Positions 35,038 to 47,397 of a stretch of 64,000 nt of DNA are shown in pieces. The DNA comes from Camelus ferus. Lineage: Eukaryota. The stretch spans positions 116,500,001 to 116,564,000 of the forward strand of contig NC_045697.1 in the NCBI RefSeq assembly GCF_009834535.1, read 5' to 3'. Positions within the stretch are counted from its first letter, which is position 1. Each line of letters begins with the position of its first letter. A program made the position numbers and the translations under genes. The notes beneath the pieces are model-generated. The model saw nothing but the letters and a program-made list of their open reading frames with translations. It did not search any database and was not told the origin of the DNA.

Positions 35038-36199
35038 GTAAGTCTGTTGACGTCAGCTTTTTGAGAGTTGGATTGTGACTTATTTTGAGCTGAAAGCAGT
35101 TTATGTGATATTAGCATGTGTGTCTTACTGCATAGGCCCTAATGAGACTCAAAGAACATAAAGCATTTTATCCCTAAATGTTTTGTACCTTCAGCTCTTC
35201 CTGTCAAACCATTCATTTAGCATATGACACCGTATCACCTAACTTCTCTGCAGACCCTTTTTCCCTCAAAGCACATGTATCAGCTCATTTATTCATTTAA
35301 CGGTTGAGCTCCTGTTTGGTGCTGGGCTTAGGAGACAAAACCAGGAACGATTAAGAAGGTGGCTTATGGAGTCAGTCAGTGGATGTGGTGGTTTTGTTTT
35401 TTTCTTTTTTTTTAGTTTTCTAGATTCTTTTTTTTTTTCTAGACATGGTTTTTTCAGACACCATTGTCACTTACTTTCTGATCTTGAGAGAGTTCCTAAT
35501 TTTAGAGAGTTGTGATTTCTTTGTATGCGAATGGAGACACTCTTGGGGTTGCTGTGAAGACTGTGTGACGTACGTAAAGCATTTAGCACGGTGCAGGGCA
35601 CATGATAAGGGCCTCATAGAGATTTAGGTATTTTTAGTTAAAAGGCAACACACAGGAAGGTCACCTGTCTTCGCGGGGACATCCAGGAACACTGGCTGAC
35701 ACGGCTGCAAAGGTGGCGGCAGTTCTGTCCTTAAATAGAGCACCAGTGAACGCCTCCCTGTTGAGGAGTTGGAAACAGTTTTCAAACTACAGCATGCATT
35801 TCTGAAAGCCCACCTCTGGTGCTGTGTATGTGTGTGTGTGTGTGTATTTGTGCAGACACGTGCGGTACAGGAGCAGAGCACACTCCCTGCTGGCGTGGGG
35901 CTGGAGGGACAGCTGTGCCTTGCTGGGTGGCAGAGTTCCCCGGGCACCACGCCTGCGGGCCGCGGGCTGGGCAGTAGGAGCCCGGAGAGGGGGCAGCGGG
36001 CCTCGGGGGGACGGGCTCCTCCTCCACGTCCATGCCGCACCTGCCCGCGCCCCACAGAACCTCACACCCACCCACTGGCTCCGTGGCCCCAGAGCGGTGG
36101 AGTCGTTTTGGAGCTGACAGGCAGTAAACTGAAATCTATTGTGTACCTGCCGGGTACTCAGTATTTGGATAAAAACACTAATTTTCTAATTTTTTGTAG

Positions 36200-36286
36200 G
36201 CACTTGAAATAGACCCATCAAACACCAAAGCCCTGTACCGGAGGGCCCAGGGATGGCAAGGATTAAAAGAATACAATGAAGCATTG
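36200..36286 (+). CDS. PPID: PPID exon 8 (TPR3)
   Basis: ALEIDPSNTKALYRRAQGWQGLKEYNEAL; 87 nt. Confidence 0.97.
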
Positions 36287-36387
36287 GTAAAATTTTGTCC
36301 TCAATTTTAATTAAAAAAAAAAAAACCAAAAACACCACTGTCATGAATCATCATCTTTTATTTCTTTTAATGTTTTTTCAATTACAG

Positions 36388-36430
36388 GCTGATCTTAAGA
36401 AGGCTCAGGAGATTGCACCGGAAGATAAAG
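36388..36430 (+). CDS. PPID: PPID exon 9
   Basis: ADLKKAQEIAPEDK; TACAG| and |GTAAGG; 43 nt. Confidence 0.97.
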
Positions 36431-37166
36431 GTAAGGGGGCAGTTTCTGTAGTGAAAGTCTTTTGTCCTTTAATAACCCATCCTCACGACCCACTGGCCCC
36501 TTGTGTGTAGGTGCTTGTTGAGCAGGGGTCACAGACGCCTGCTACCGGCCAGGCCCCGTGACGCTGCCCTGAGCCCATCAGGGGCCCCGCCTTCAGAGCT
36601 CACACCCTGGTCCCTCCCAGAAAACTCACGTTCACGTGTCTGAACTGTTCGCTCTACTGTATCGCTTGGCGACTGGTTCCTAGTCCTGTCATTCTGGATG
36701 AAGAGCGGCATTAGAAAACACAGTATTTAATGTTTGGCAGCATTCCTTAAGCTGCACGTGGCCATAGCCTAAATACTCCAGCCACTGGGTGTGTTGTAGG
36801 AGCGTCTTGGAAAGCTTCGGGCACCACCCAGTTAATGTTCTGACTTGCTTGTTTTTCAAATAAACCAACTACAAATAGTGATACTAGATCTGGATGTTAA
36901 AATACGTCTTGGTCTCACTGCTGAAGTGAAGCAAGGGCCACACTTGGTGTCCTCCGTTGTGGAGATGGAGAAGGCGGACTTCATTAGTCTCTTGGTTGAC
37001 AGTCTTCTAAAACACTTCATGGTTTGTGTGATCGCTTTTGCAGAGTAAAATACTCTGTCATCAGGGCTCAGTTCCACTTTAGAAAGGAGTTTATGAGGGG
37101 GAGTAACTGTCACCCTAATTATTTGGATGTTTGGAGAACAACTCATATTACATATTTATTTTGCAG

Positions 37167-37255
37167 CTATCCAGGCAGAACTGCTGAAAGTCAAACAAAA
37201 GATAAAGGCACAGAAAGACAAAGAGAAGGCAGCGTATGCAAAAATGTTTGCTTAG
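37167..37255 (+). CDS. PPID: PPID exon 10 coding part, stop TAG
   Basis: (A)IQAELLKVKQKIKAQKDKEKAAYAKMFA*; the ten exons sum to 1113 nt = 370 aa plus stop. Confidence 0.97.
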
Positions 37256-37493
37256 TAAGGAACCCAGCTTTGCTTAACTACACGCTGGTTGTGCAAAGGG
37301 TTTTGTGTGTTCCGTGCGCCTGATGTGTTCCCTTCGCTACGTCAGCCCCACTGTGTACAGCCTGGGAACACCCACAGGGACTCACTCTTAACACATACAG
37401 GGAAGTTGATGTTTTTAAAAGTGGCTGTGTGCATTATTCACACGGAATAACGGTGTCCAGCCTCTTTAAACCCCTGAAGACATATCTTCTCTG

Positions 37494-37499
37494 AATAAA
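37494..37499 (+). terminator. Candidate PPID polyadenylation signal
   Basis: AATAAA followed by a GU-rich element (GTTTGAGTGTGTGTATTGTTTTT). Confidence 0.7.
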
Positions 37500-37877
37500 G
37501 AGATGGAAGTTTGAGTGTGTGTATTGTTTTTCTCAGTTCTTGGAGGCCTCTCTGGTTGGTTTGTCCTGGTGTTTTATACATGCAGGTGACAGACACACAT
37601 GGTTGGGGGTCAGCAGCCTCCCTGAGGGGTAGACAGTCTATCGTGGCTCCTTGGCCCTGCGCTGGTAGCTCGGCAGCCGCGGACGTGTGTCGCTGCATCC
37701 AGGAGGACCACTCGTAAGCAGCGTGGTGGCCTGCTCTGGAGTGTACACTTGTTTTACCTTTGAAGTCTTGGATTTGACAAGTCAGATGTACATGAAAGGC
37801 CGACAGTGTATTCTGCTGTTGGTACTGAATCTTGGAAGAATTGGAGAGGTAAATAGATGCTACATAATTTATGAAGT

Positions 37878-37883
37878 TTTATT
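37878..37883 (-). terminator. Candidate ETFDH polyadenylation signal
   Basis: TTTATT on + strand (AATAAA on -), about 180 nt after the ETFDH stop. Confidence 0.7.
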
Positions 37884-38060
37884 TAAGAGAAATATTCATG
37901 ATTTTTTTTATGGGACAATTTTACATATAGTATAGTTATTTCCCTGATAATTATTTTATGAACATTCTGATCAGTAATGCTCCGTAAGGTAACTTGAAGT
38001 TAGCTTGCCACCCACTTCAGAGAGACTGGCCGTCGGGTGCACCGGGGAAGCAGGTGCACC

Positions 38061-38258
<198 letters not shown>

Positions 38259-38474
38259 CTAACTTTAGACCTCAAAGTCTAGGAGACGTGAGCTATGAAA
38301 ACCTTGAAGGTTTGTAGACAATGTTTACTCACAGGGACTATTACAGAGATCTTGCTGTGTGCATTTGCTGTTGGTGTAAATTACAGACAAAAGCAGAAGG
38401 TACAGCAGGATTTGGCCGAGTTAGTATTACTAATGAGGGAACTCGACGTCGAGCGGTGTGAATTCATGTTATAC

Positions 38475-38835
38475 ACAGGCATACTCGGGAGACGGTGCAG
38501 GTTTGGTTCCAGACCACCGCGGTACCTCGACGTCGTAACAGCGAGTTACATGAGCGTTCTGGAGTCTAATGTGTATAAGTATGTTTGCACCATACCACAC
38601 CTGTCAAGGGTGCAACAGCATTATGTCTAAAAAATGTACATGCTTTTATTAAAAATACTTGATTGCTAAAAAGTGCTAACCACCATCTGAGCCTTCAGTG
38701 AGTCATAGTGACAACAAACATCACTGGTCACAGCATCTAATCATGGAAAAGTTTGAAAAGTGGCAAGAATTACACGTGACACAGACAAGAAGTGCGCAGA
38801 CGCTGGGAAACCGGCAGCAGAACGATGTACCCCGC
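38475..38835. mobile_element. Internally deleted Tigger1-family DNA transposon in ETFDH intron 12
   Basis: CAGGCATACTCGGGAGA..GCAGGTTTGGTTCCAGACCACCGC..GCAACAGCATTATGTCTAAAAAATGTACAT; similar to 28818-29030. Confidence 0.7.
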
Positions 38836-39504
38836 GTGTGTCCGCCTACGGCTGCAAGGACGGGGCGTGCGGGCCCCGCCTGCAGTGTGACTGACAGCCC
38901 GCGTGGGGCAGAGGCGATTAAAGCCCTCGGAGCGCCCACCCTGGTCCCCATCCAGAAGGCGCCGGTCTCCGTCTCCACGCCCCTGAGTGCTGCTCCACCG
39001 TCCTGGGAGGCCCGATCCTGCTACAACTAGTGACCGCTCAGCACTAAAAGGCACAGTGTTCCCGTGGGCCTAAAGCCTGGGACCGTTTCCCTGAGCTGGA
39101 GGCGGCTGTCGTGTAGTATTTTAGGTATGTACACACGGGCCACGCGCTTGTGTGCGTGTACGTGTGTGCGTACACTTACAGGAGCAGCCGCGACAGGTGA
39201 CTTAAGTCACGTGAACATGGAAAGGCATGTGGTGCTTTGTTCCATCATCCTCACCTTGGGCTGAGAGTAGACAGGGAAAGGCCTTTTCCTTTTTTTTTGA
39301 GAAATGCCACCTGAATCAGGCTTAAGAAAACTCCCTACCACTTTAACATCGCGAGTTAGAGTAGGAGCCACAAGAATGTTACTGAGGTTTCAGAAGGGAG
39401 CTGGACGTGGGAGTCACCGACAGTTTCCAGGCCAGGGGAGTTTCTCAAGACGCCGGAAGCACGCTTCCGACTACACGGACTTCGGGGGCGGGGGCCGCAC
39501 TGAC

Positions 39505-39726
39505 CTGCGGGGCAGAAGCGCTGCTCCGGCCCGTCGAACACGGCCAGGTTCCTGCTCACGGGCACGCTGTCGTCCCTCAGGGTTAGGTGTGCCGGCTGGT
39601 CGTGTTCGTGGTTCGTTCCGCTCAGAGCCACGGACGACAGGAGGTCAAAGCTGATCTGTCCGTCCGGCTTTGGATACTCAATAGGTGTGCAGTCCTTGGC
39701 TGGCTTGAGCTGATCAGAGTCAGAAC
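39505..39726 (-). CDS. ETFDH: ETFDH exon 12
   Basis: (G)[73 protein letters not shown]; 222 nt. Confidence 0.97.
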
Positions 39727-40006
39727 CTTCTCAAGTTTTGAGGAAGATTTTAATAAAGATATAACATTTAAAAGTACTTCCTTAGTTTAGACATTTTTAT
39801 TAAAACTTGTAAATATTACACTAAAGAAACAGGACTTCAGCCCTCTCAAAACAATGATACACTGTTCTCGTAAAGCTACTGAATTTATAATTCGCCAATA
39901 AAGCAAGTCTTAAAACGTTAAAAAAGTTGGCCAACTTCACTACTCATCAGAGCGCCTTCCTGACTCTTCAGTGACTGACATGCACCCTCTCAGAGTGGGG
40001 AGTTAC

Positions 40007-40189
40007 CTTTATGTTTGAGGGTCCAGGGCTCCATCCCTCTGAATATCCAGTAGAAGATTCCGGTGTAAACCATCCCTCCGTACACACCCAGGACCCCGTG
40101 GCAGGACGGCCTGATGTTCCGAACAGCATACAGCTCCTTCCACACCCACGATTTCTTCAAGCTGTCCTCATACTCAGTTACATGGAGTC
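40007..40189 (-). CDS. ETFDH: ETFDH exon 11
   Basis: (G)[60 protein letters not shown]; 183 nt. Confidence 0.97.
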
Positions 40190-41493
40190 CTTTTCATTAA
40201 GAACATGAAATGCTAAGTGTGAAATTGCCACAAGGAGTATAAAGCACTTACTGTCCGGGTCCTTTGCTATTGAAATAACGATGAACCTCAGGCCATTTTA
40301 AAAAGTGGGTGGTCCTAGAAGACCACGTGTTGATGTCTTCCACAAAGATAACCCTTCCATGTATGTTGTCAACAGGCAGTAAGGCCAAACTGGTAGATGG
40401 AAAATTAGTGTCAAAATTCAGTGAATCTCAAAAGGAAGCTAAGACTCTGTACGGTACCTATAAAAGTGGGACGTTTCACGACTCATCAGTGACACACTTC
40501 TGCCTGTTACGGTTGAACCCATCATGTACCGGCTCTGCCTAAGGCTCACGAGCTTGGTGGCGGCCATCCTCCCCGCGGGCTGTACCCCTCCCCGGGCCTG
40601 GAGACCTGCTCGCTCCAGTCCTGTCCGCGTGGGAGAGAGGAGCGGGGCCGCCGGGACAGCAAGGACAGGTCCTTGGCGAGAACGCAAGGAGCATTCAGGC
40701 CCGCTGTCAGCCAGCGCCCCCGGCCTGCGCTGGCTGGTCCTGCCCCCCCCCCCCCCGGTCCCCCCTCCTGCCCTCCCTGGCCTCCACCTCCACACAGGCG
40801 CTTGAACGTGGTCAGGCTGCATATTCTATCTGGAGGAAGGTCTGTCACCTGACCCTAAGAGACAAGGCTTCTTTATCCAGCGTCTATCAAGCAGCTCCTG
40901 GTGTTTGTGACTCAAAGTGAATGAAGCCCCTGCTCTCGGTGTTTTCCATCCAAGAGGTGGGAGACAAGAGGCAATAAATAAGGATATGGCACAGTGAGCC
41001 CGACGCTGGGCAGTAACCCTGGGAGGCCGCAATGTGGGAAGAGGGCCTGGATGCCCCGTGTGTGCGCGCGTGCACGCGCGTGTTGCAGATTAACTGGTTC
41101 GGGGCCAACGTAAGGCCACCAGGAGAGACCTGAGCCCAGGGAGGGGCCCGGGGTGGGCGGCGAGCAGACACGGGCGCACTGGAGAAGGGGCAGCTGAAGG
41201 CTGGCTGAGCCGCTCGGCTTTACTCTGAGACATCTGGGTGGCACTGAGCGGTCCCGCTGGCAGAGGGAGCACAGGTGGCGGTGCTGGCTGCGCCCGCACT
41301 CGGGAGGGCCAGGAGGTACAGGAACGGGCGCTGTCCGCGGTGATGCTCATGTGCAGGGCAGGCACGCGGGCCTCTCTCCATGCCAAACAGACAAGAAACC
41401 ACCGAGGTCTTAGACTGTATTTACTTTCACCCTCTCTCTGTGTTTAAATAGCTTCTTTTCAAATGTCCCACTGAAGGCCCTGGCAATTTTCTA

Positions 41494-41715
<222 letters not shown>

Positions 41716-41959
41716 TTAGCTTGCACTGAACAAGCAGAACCCAATACTCCAACTTAACAGCCTCTTTTAAAGCTGTAGGGAAAAACTGGGGAAAAAAGAC
41801 ATGAAAATGAATACAGAGAAGGAAGACAGCGGAGCAAGGGCACCCCCTCCCCTGAGAACGGGGCTGGAAATATGACTATTTGTCCATGAAGACCTTTCAT
41901 TCTCCCTCTCCAAGATGCACCCACATGGGACAGACTTAAAGCCAGAGCGTTAACGTTCA

Positions 41960-42061
41960 TTTTTATTATGGTTTTTCTTAACGGGGGCACTGGGGATGGA
42001 ACCCAGGACCTGGTGCGTGCTTAAGCATGTGCTCCGCCACTGAGCTATATACCCTTCCCCT
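41960..42061 (-). mobile_element. Vic-1-like SINE in ETFDH intron 9
   Basis: GGCACTGGGGATGGAACCCAGGACC..CCACTGAGCTATATACCCTTCCCC; TSD CCAGAGC(G/A)TTAA. Confidence 0.85.
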
Positions 42062-43433
42062 CCAGAGCATTAAGATTTAAAGTGTGTTTATTTATACGTA
42101 TCCGTGTCATAATTAAAAATATTCTCTAACCCTGAACGACTATTATCTACATTGCAATCTGCTTTTACACACATTGGGGGTAACACATGATTTACAAAGG
42201 ATCTTGTCTTAACTCTATTTATCCTTTTATTTTACTTTGACGTCTAGGGAGGGGGACCTAGGTCCCAATCATGACATCACTATAATTAGCTAGTACCTTA
42301 AATGATCTATTTACATTAACCTAAGAATAAGCTGAATCTCCAAAATAAAAACTTAAGATGGTTGTTTGGGCGTCAGAACACATTTCTGATGAAAAGCAGC
42401 GTGATCAAGGGCGGTGATATTTTCTGTCTCCGCCCCACACCAAGCAGCTGACTTAGGGACCGTGGGCGGGGGCGCACACTGTAATCTACAGTTAGAGAAG
42501 GGACAAGGAGGGGCCAGCGGGGGTGCGCTTCCGTCTGGGCTTTTCCTCCCCTGGAAGCTACTCCTACAGCCATGGGTCTTGATAAGAGAGTGGTGGGTGG
42601 CGGGGGCCAGGCCGGCAGTGCTGAGGGGCCTGGGGGTGGAGCATGGGGACAGGGAAGCCACTGCCTCAGTGCAGGGGGTGTGGTGAGCCCACCGCGGCCA
42701 TAGCCGCAGCTCCTGTGGTCACAGAGTTCGAGCTGTGACAGGGAGAGGCGGGGCTGGGGACAGAAGGCAGGCTGGCAAAGGACAGGGCCCAGTTCCCTCA
42801 GCAGGACCCGCAAGAAAGGAAGGAATGCATGACTGCTTCTCACACCAAGCTCGGCACCAGAACCACGTGGGTCAGAGAGTAGACAACGGGAGGGGCTTTC
42901 TGGAACGCTGAGGGCTGGAAGCAGAGGGGACGGCCAGGAACCTGGGGAATGACAATGACCTTCTCAAAGAAGGCTGGGCCTTGCTAATAGTAGGCTTGAG
43001 TCAAGAACCAAAGACTGAAGTTTAATAAAAGGACACGGATTGCTGGTGTAAATTCTTCCAAATTGGTGCTTAAGTTCTAAGAATAAAAATATGGCCAAAA
43101 GGAATGGGTGATTTTCAGTGCAGGGAGGACCCTACCCTGCATGGGCAGTGCTACTGGGAGCTGGGCATCCTGTTAAGGAACTAGGGACTGAGGAAAAGTC
43201 GCACCAAGAAATGCATCCTGGGACATCTGTTAAACTGGGGCTAAGTAATTAGAAACCCTCCAGGCACAGTGAATTTGGGTACAGACTGAGGAAAGGAATA
43301 AAAAGTCACGTGATAATACTTGTTAGCTCAAAATAAAGCTGAATGTTCCGAATTTTTACATCTTAAGAGTCTTCAGAAACTTAATGGAAATTAAGTTTCT
43401 ACATCTTTAACTAAGTCAGAAAATTTAGGTAAA

Positions 43434-43435
<2 letters not shown>

Positions 43436-43464
<29 letters not shown>
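43436..43464. repeat. (GT)14 microsatellite
   Basis: Direct reading. Confidence 0.95.
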
Positions 43465-44501
43465 GTGTCATCTCTGTCGATCTAAAAATCACCCGAGATG
43501 CTGAAGCAGACGAGGCTGGTGTTTTAAACACGAATCTGCCCTTACTACTGAACATGCCAAACCTTTACACTAGGAATTAAAAAGAGCAGAATTGGGCTGA
43601 CAGTGGCTATTGAGGACATTATTCAAAAGAGCTTAATGGACTTGAACACAGGCAATTTAATAAACACTGTTTCACATGAATTAATTATTCTGGAAACAAA
43701 AATCGCCTCCTAAGTGGTACCCCGTACCTTTAACAGAACTTGGGGATGGTGCTATTTTAGGGTTCTAGTGATTACATTCAGAATTTCGCTATGATGTTAC
43801 AAATCACCGTTACAATAATAATGTATTTAGAACATCACTTTAAAGGTTAAATCAGTTCTTCGCCCTAATTTTCTATGATCTGTGACTTTCACAACAGACT
43901 TTTCTTTTTTAAAGATACGCAATTTCTAAAATAGTTCTAGATCCCGAGAACACAGGAGACAGAAGGGGTCATCTTTATCTTACAGATGGTCCCCGAAGGC
44001 CAGAGGAGTAAAGTAACTTGAGCAAACCATCTGGTCTAAGTTCTAGAGCAGATCTTCAGGTCATCTTACCTGTCTCATGCTGTTCCCACAACAGCACTAA
44101 TAGCTTTTATCTTACTGGTATATACTTTATGCACTGACTGCATGTGGAAGGACTTATTTTGAACAGATGCTAAAATAGGGCAATCAAGGGTAAAAACTTA
44201 ACAGAGGCCTCCTAAAAGCCATAGATGTTACTAGGTAATTGAGATGAATTAATTACCTTTGCTGAAAATTACATTTGTCCTTGAGTTTCCTGGCAGCTAA
44301 AGAATAAAGGAAAATATCTTGATCACATAGTTTAAATTTTCTGTTTAGAAACAGACCAACAAACAAAAAAAGCCCATGAATTTGTCCCTAGAAATCGAGA
44401 TATTCTTAAAATGGATTCATGGTGTCATTGATTTATCTATGTCGTGGTACAGTTTTATAAATACTAGGGTGCTTTGCTTAGTTACTTAAATTTTCTTCCT
44501 A

Positions 44502-44759
<258 letters not shown>

Positions 44760-45525
44760 TTAGATGTTTATTTCAAATTATATCAGGCTAAATTTTTATA
44801 TTTAAATTAGACACTTATTTCAAATTATATCAAGCTAAAATATTGCTCAAAAGTGAGCAATATTTATCAGAAAATACATTCATTAAATTTCCTATACTCA
44901 AAACACTTAGAAAAATACATGCAGTGACTGAGATTTAAATAACTGAGTAAAATCTGTTTGGAAAAGAAAGGGCAAATAAAAGGAAACCATGTGTTTATAA
45001 CTGGCAAAACTTTAAAACAATTTAGGACATACTAATAAATACTGTGCTCTGTAAATCTAAGTCCAAATTAGAAAAAAATATTGGTAGGTGTCTTGCATTA
45101 TGTTTCTACAAAAGGAGCTGCCACAGTTTATTATTCGTTTATCAACATCAACTCCAGAAAGAAACAGCACTACTGAGGCCAGAATGAAGAGGCAGAATGC
45201 AAGCACACTTAAAGAAAAAAAAAGAGGACAGGAACTACTGGTTCTATTTTACAGGGCATTGCCAAAACGCTGAAATTAATAACTACACCTTTGTTGCTCT
45301 GAAAAAGATGAAGTTTCTGTACAAACCACACAACAGCGCTGCGCTGAGCACAGCGAACCCGCACGCACTTAACACGGCGACAAGCCTAATTGTGGCCTAA
45401 ACCACAGGCTGCGGCCAAGTGCAGGTGCGGCCACAGGGAATGGTCTTCCCATTTCTTGTAACGGTCAAGATGTAGTTTGTTGCAAAGATGTGAGTGACCG
45501 AAAGGGAGAAAATGCTCCTGTTTTA

Positions 45526-46062
<537 letters not shown>

Positions 46063-47139
46063 TCATCACTATGGGTAAAACATACTAAGGTTTGTATCTT
46101 ATGTGTGAAAGTGACAAGAGACAAGCTGTAACAGGAGAAACAGAATGAGGACTTCAAACATCCAAGAGAGGGGTGTCACCCCGCAGCAGGATGAGTCGGA
46201 GCAAAGTCACAGGGGGGAAGGTTAGGGACTCTAAGACACTCATGAGACTCTCAGACTGGAAGGTGTCCAGGCGATTACAGGGGACGCCATCGGAGAGACA
46301 AGGAAGCTTCCTGGGGCCGGGAGATCGGGTGGGGGTCACATGGGCATGTCCCCCTTGTGAATACCCACCAAGCCCGCACCTCAGAGCTGTCACCTCACAG
46401 CACAGCTGTTATTCTGCAGGAAGGAAGGTCACTCTCTCCCACACTACCCTCTCCCCTGCTGAAGGGGATTCATCACCTTACTTTCACAATGGTGAGTTTT
46501 AAATTTTAAACCATTTCCGTATGAAACAGTATCTAAAAATCAGGCATCACTGGCTATCAGGTAGTGTTGTGCAATCCACCAGAACTAAGCCCATATTCAC
46601 AACACAGTGAATCTAGTCACACACAGAATCTGAACCATTCTGAGCTTTACCCTAAAAAAATTTTTAACTGAAGAATTATAAGGAAACTTTTACACTAGTA
46701 AACCTCGGGTTTGAGAAAATAGATTAGAGACTGGATAAATAGAAAAGATGCAACACTTAATCTAATTACACTTTAGGTTGCAGATGGCTAAAATTTCATT
46801 TAAAGCTTATTTTCCAATGTTATACTATAGCTGAGTATATATTTCATAAAATAAATTCTCTTTATATTATAATTTTGAATAAACAATTCCTGTGAGGGGT
46901 GGCCATCTTACAGAAAGCATTTGGGTAGCAGGTCAAATTGTATTAGGGCAGACGGCATTACAATGAAAAACAAAATCAATGTTACAAATATGTTCCACTT
47001 TTTCTTTCAATCAACATTTGATAAAGCAATTAGAACATGTACAGACAATTTAGAGAATAGTGGACTTTGATTAGGAATATTTTCTAGTCCCTTAAAAAAA
47101 ATCCCAAATATTTTCAGTCACTATGAACATTTTGAGTCA

Positions 47140-47397
<258 letters not shown>

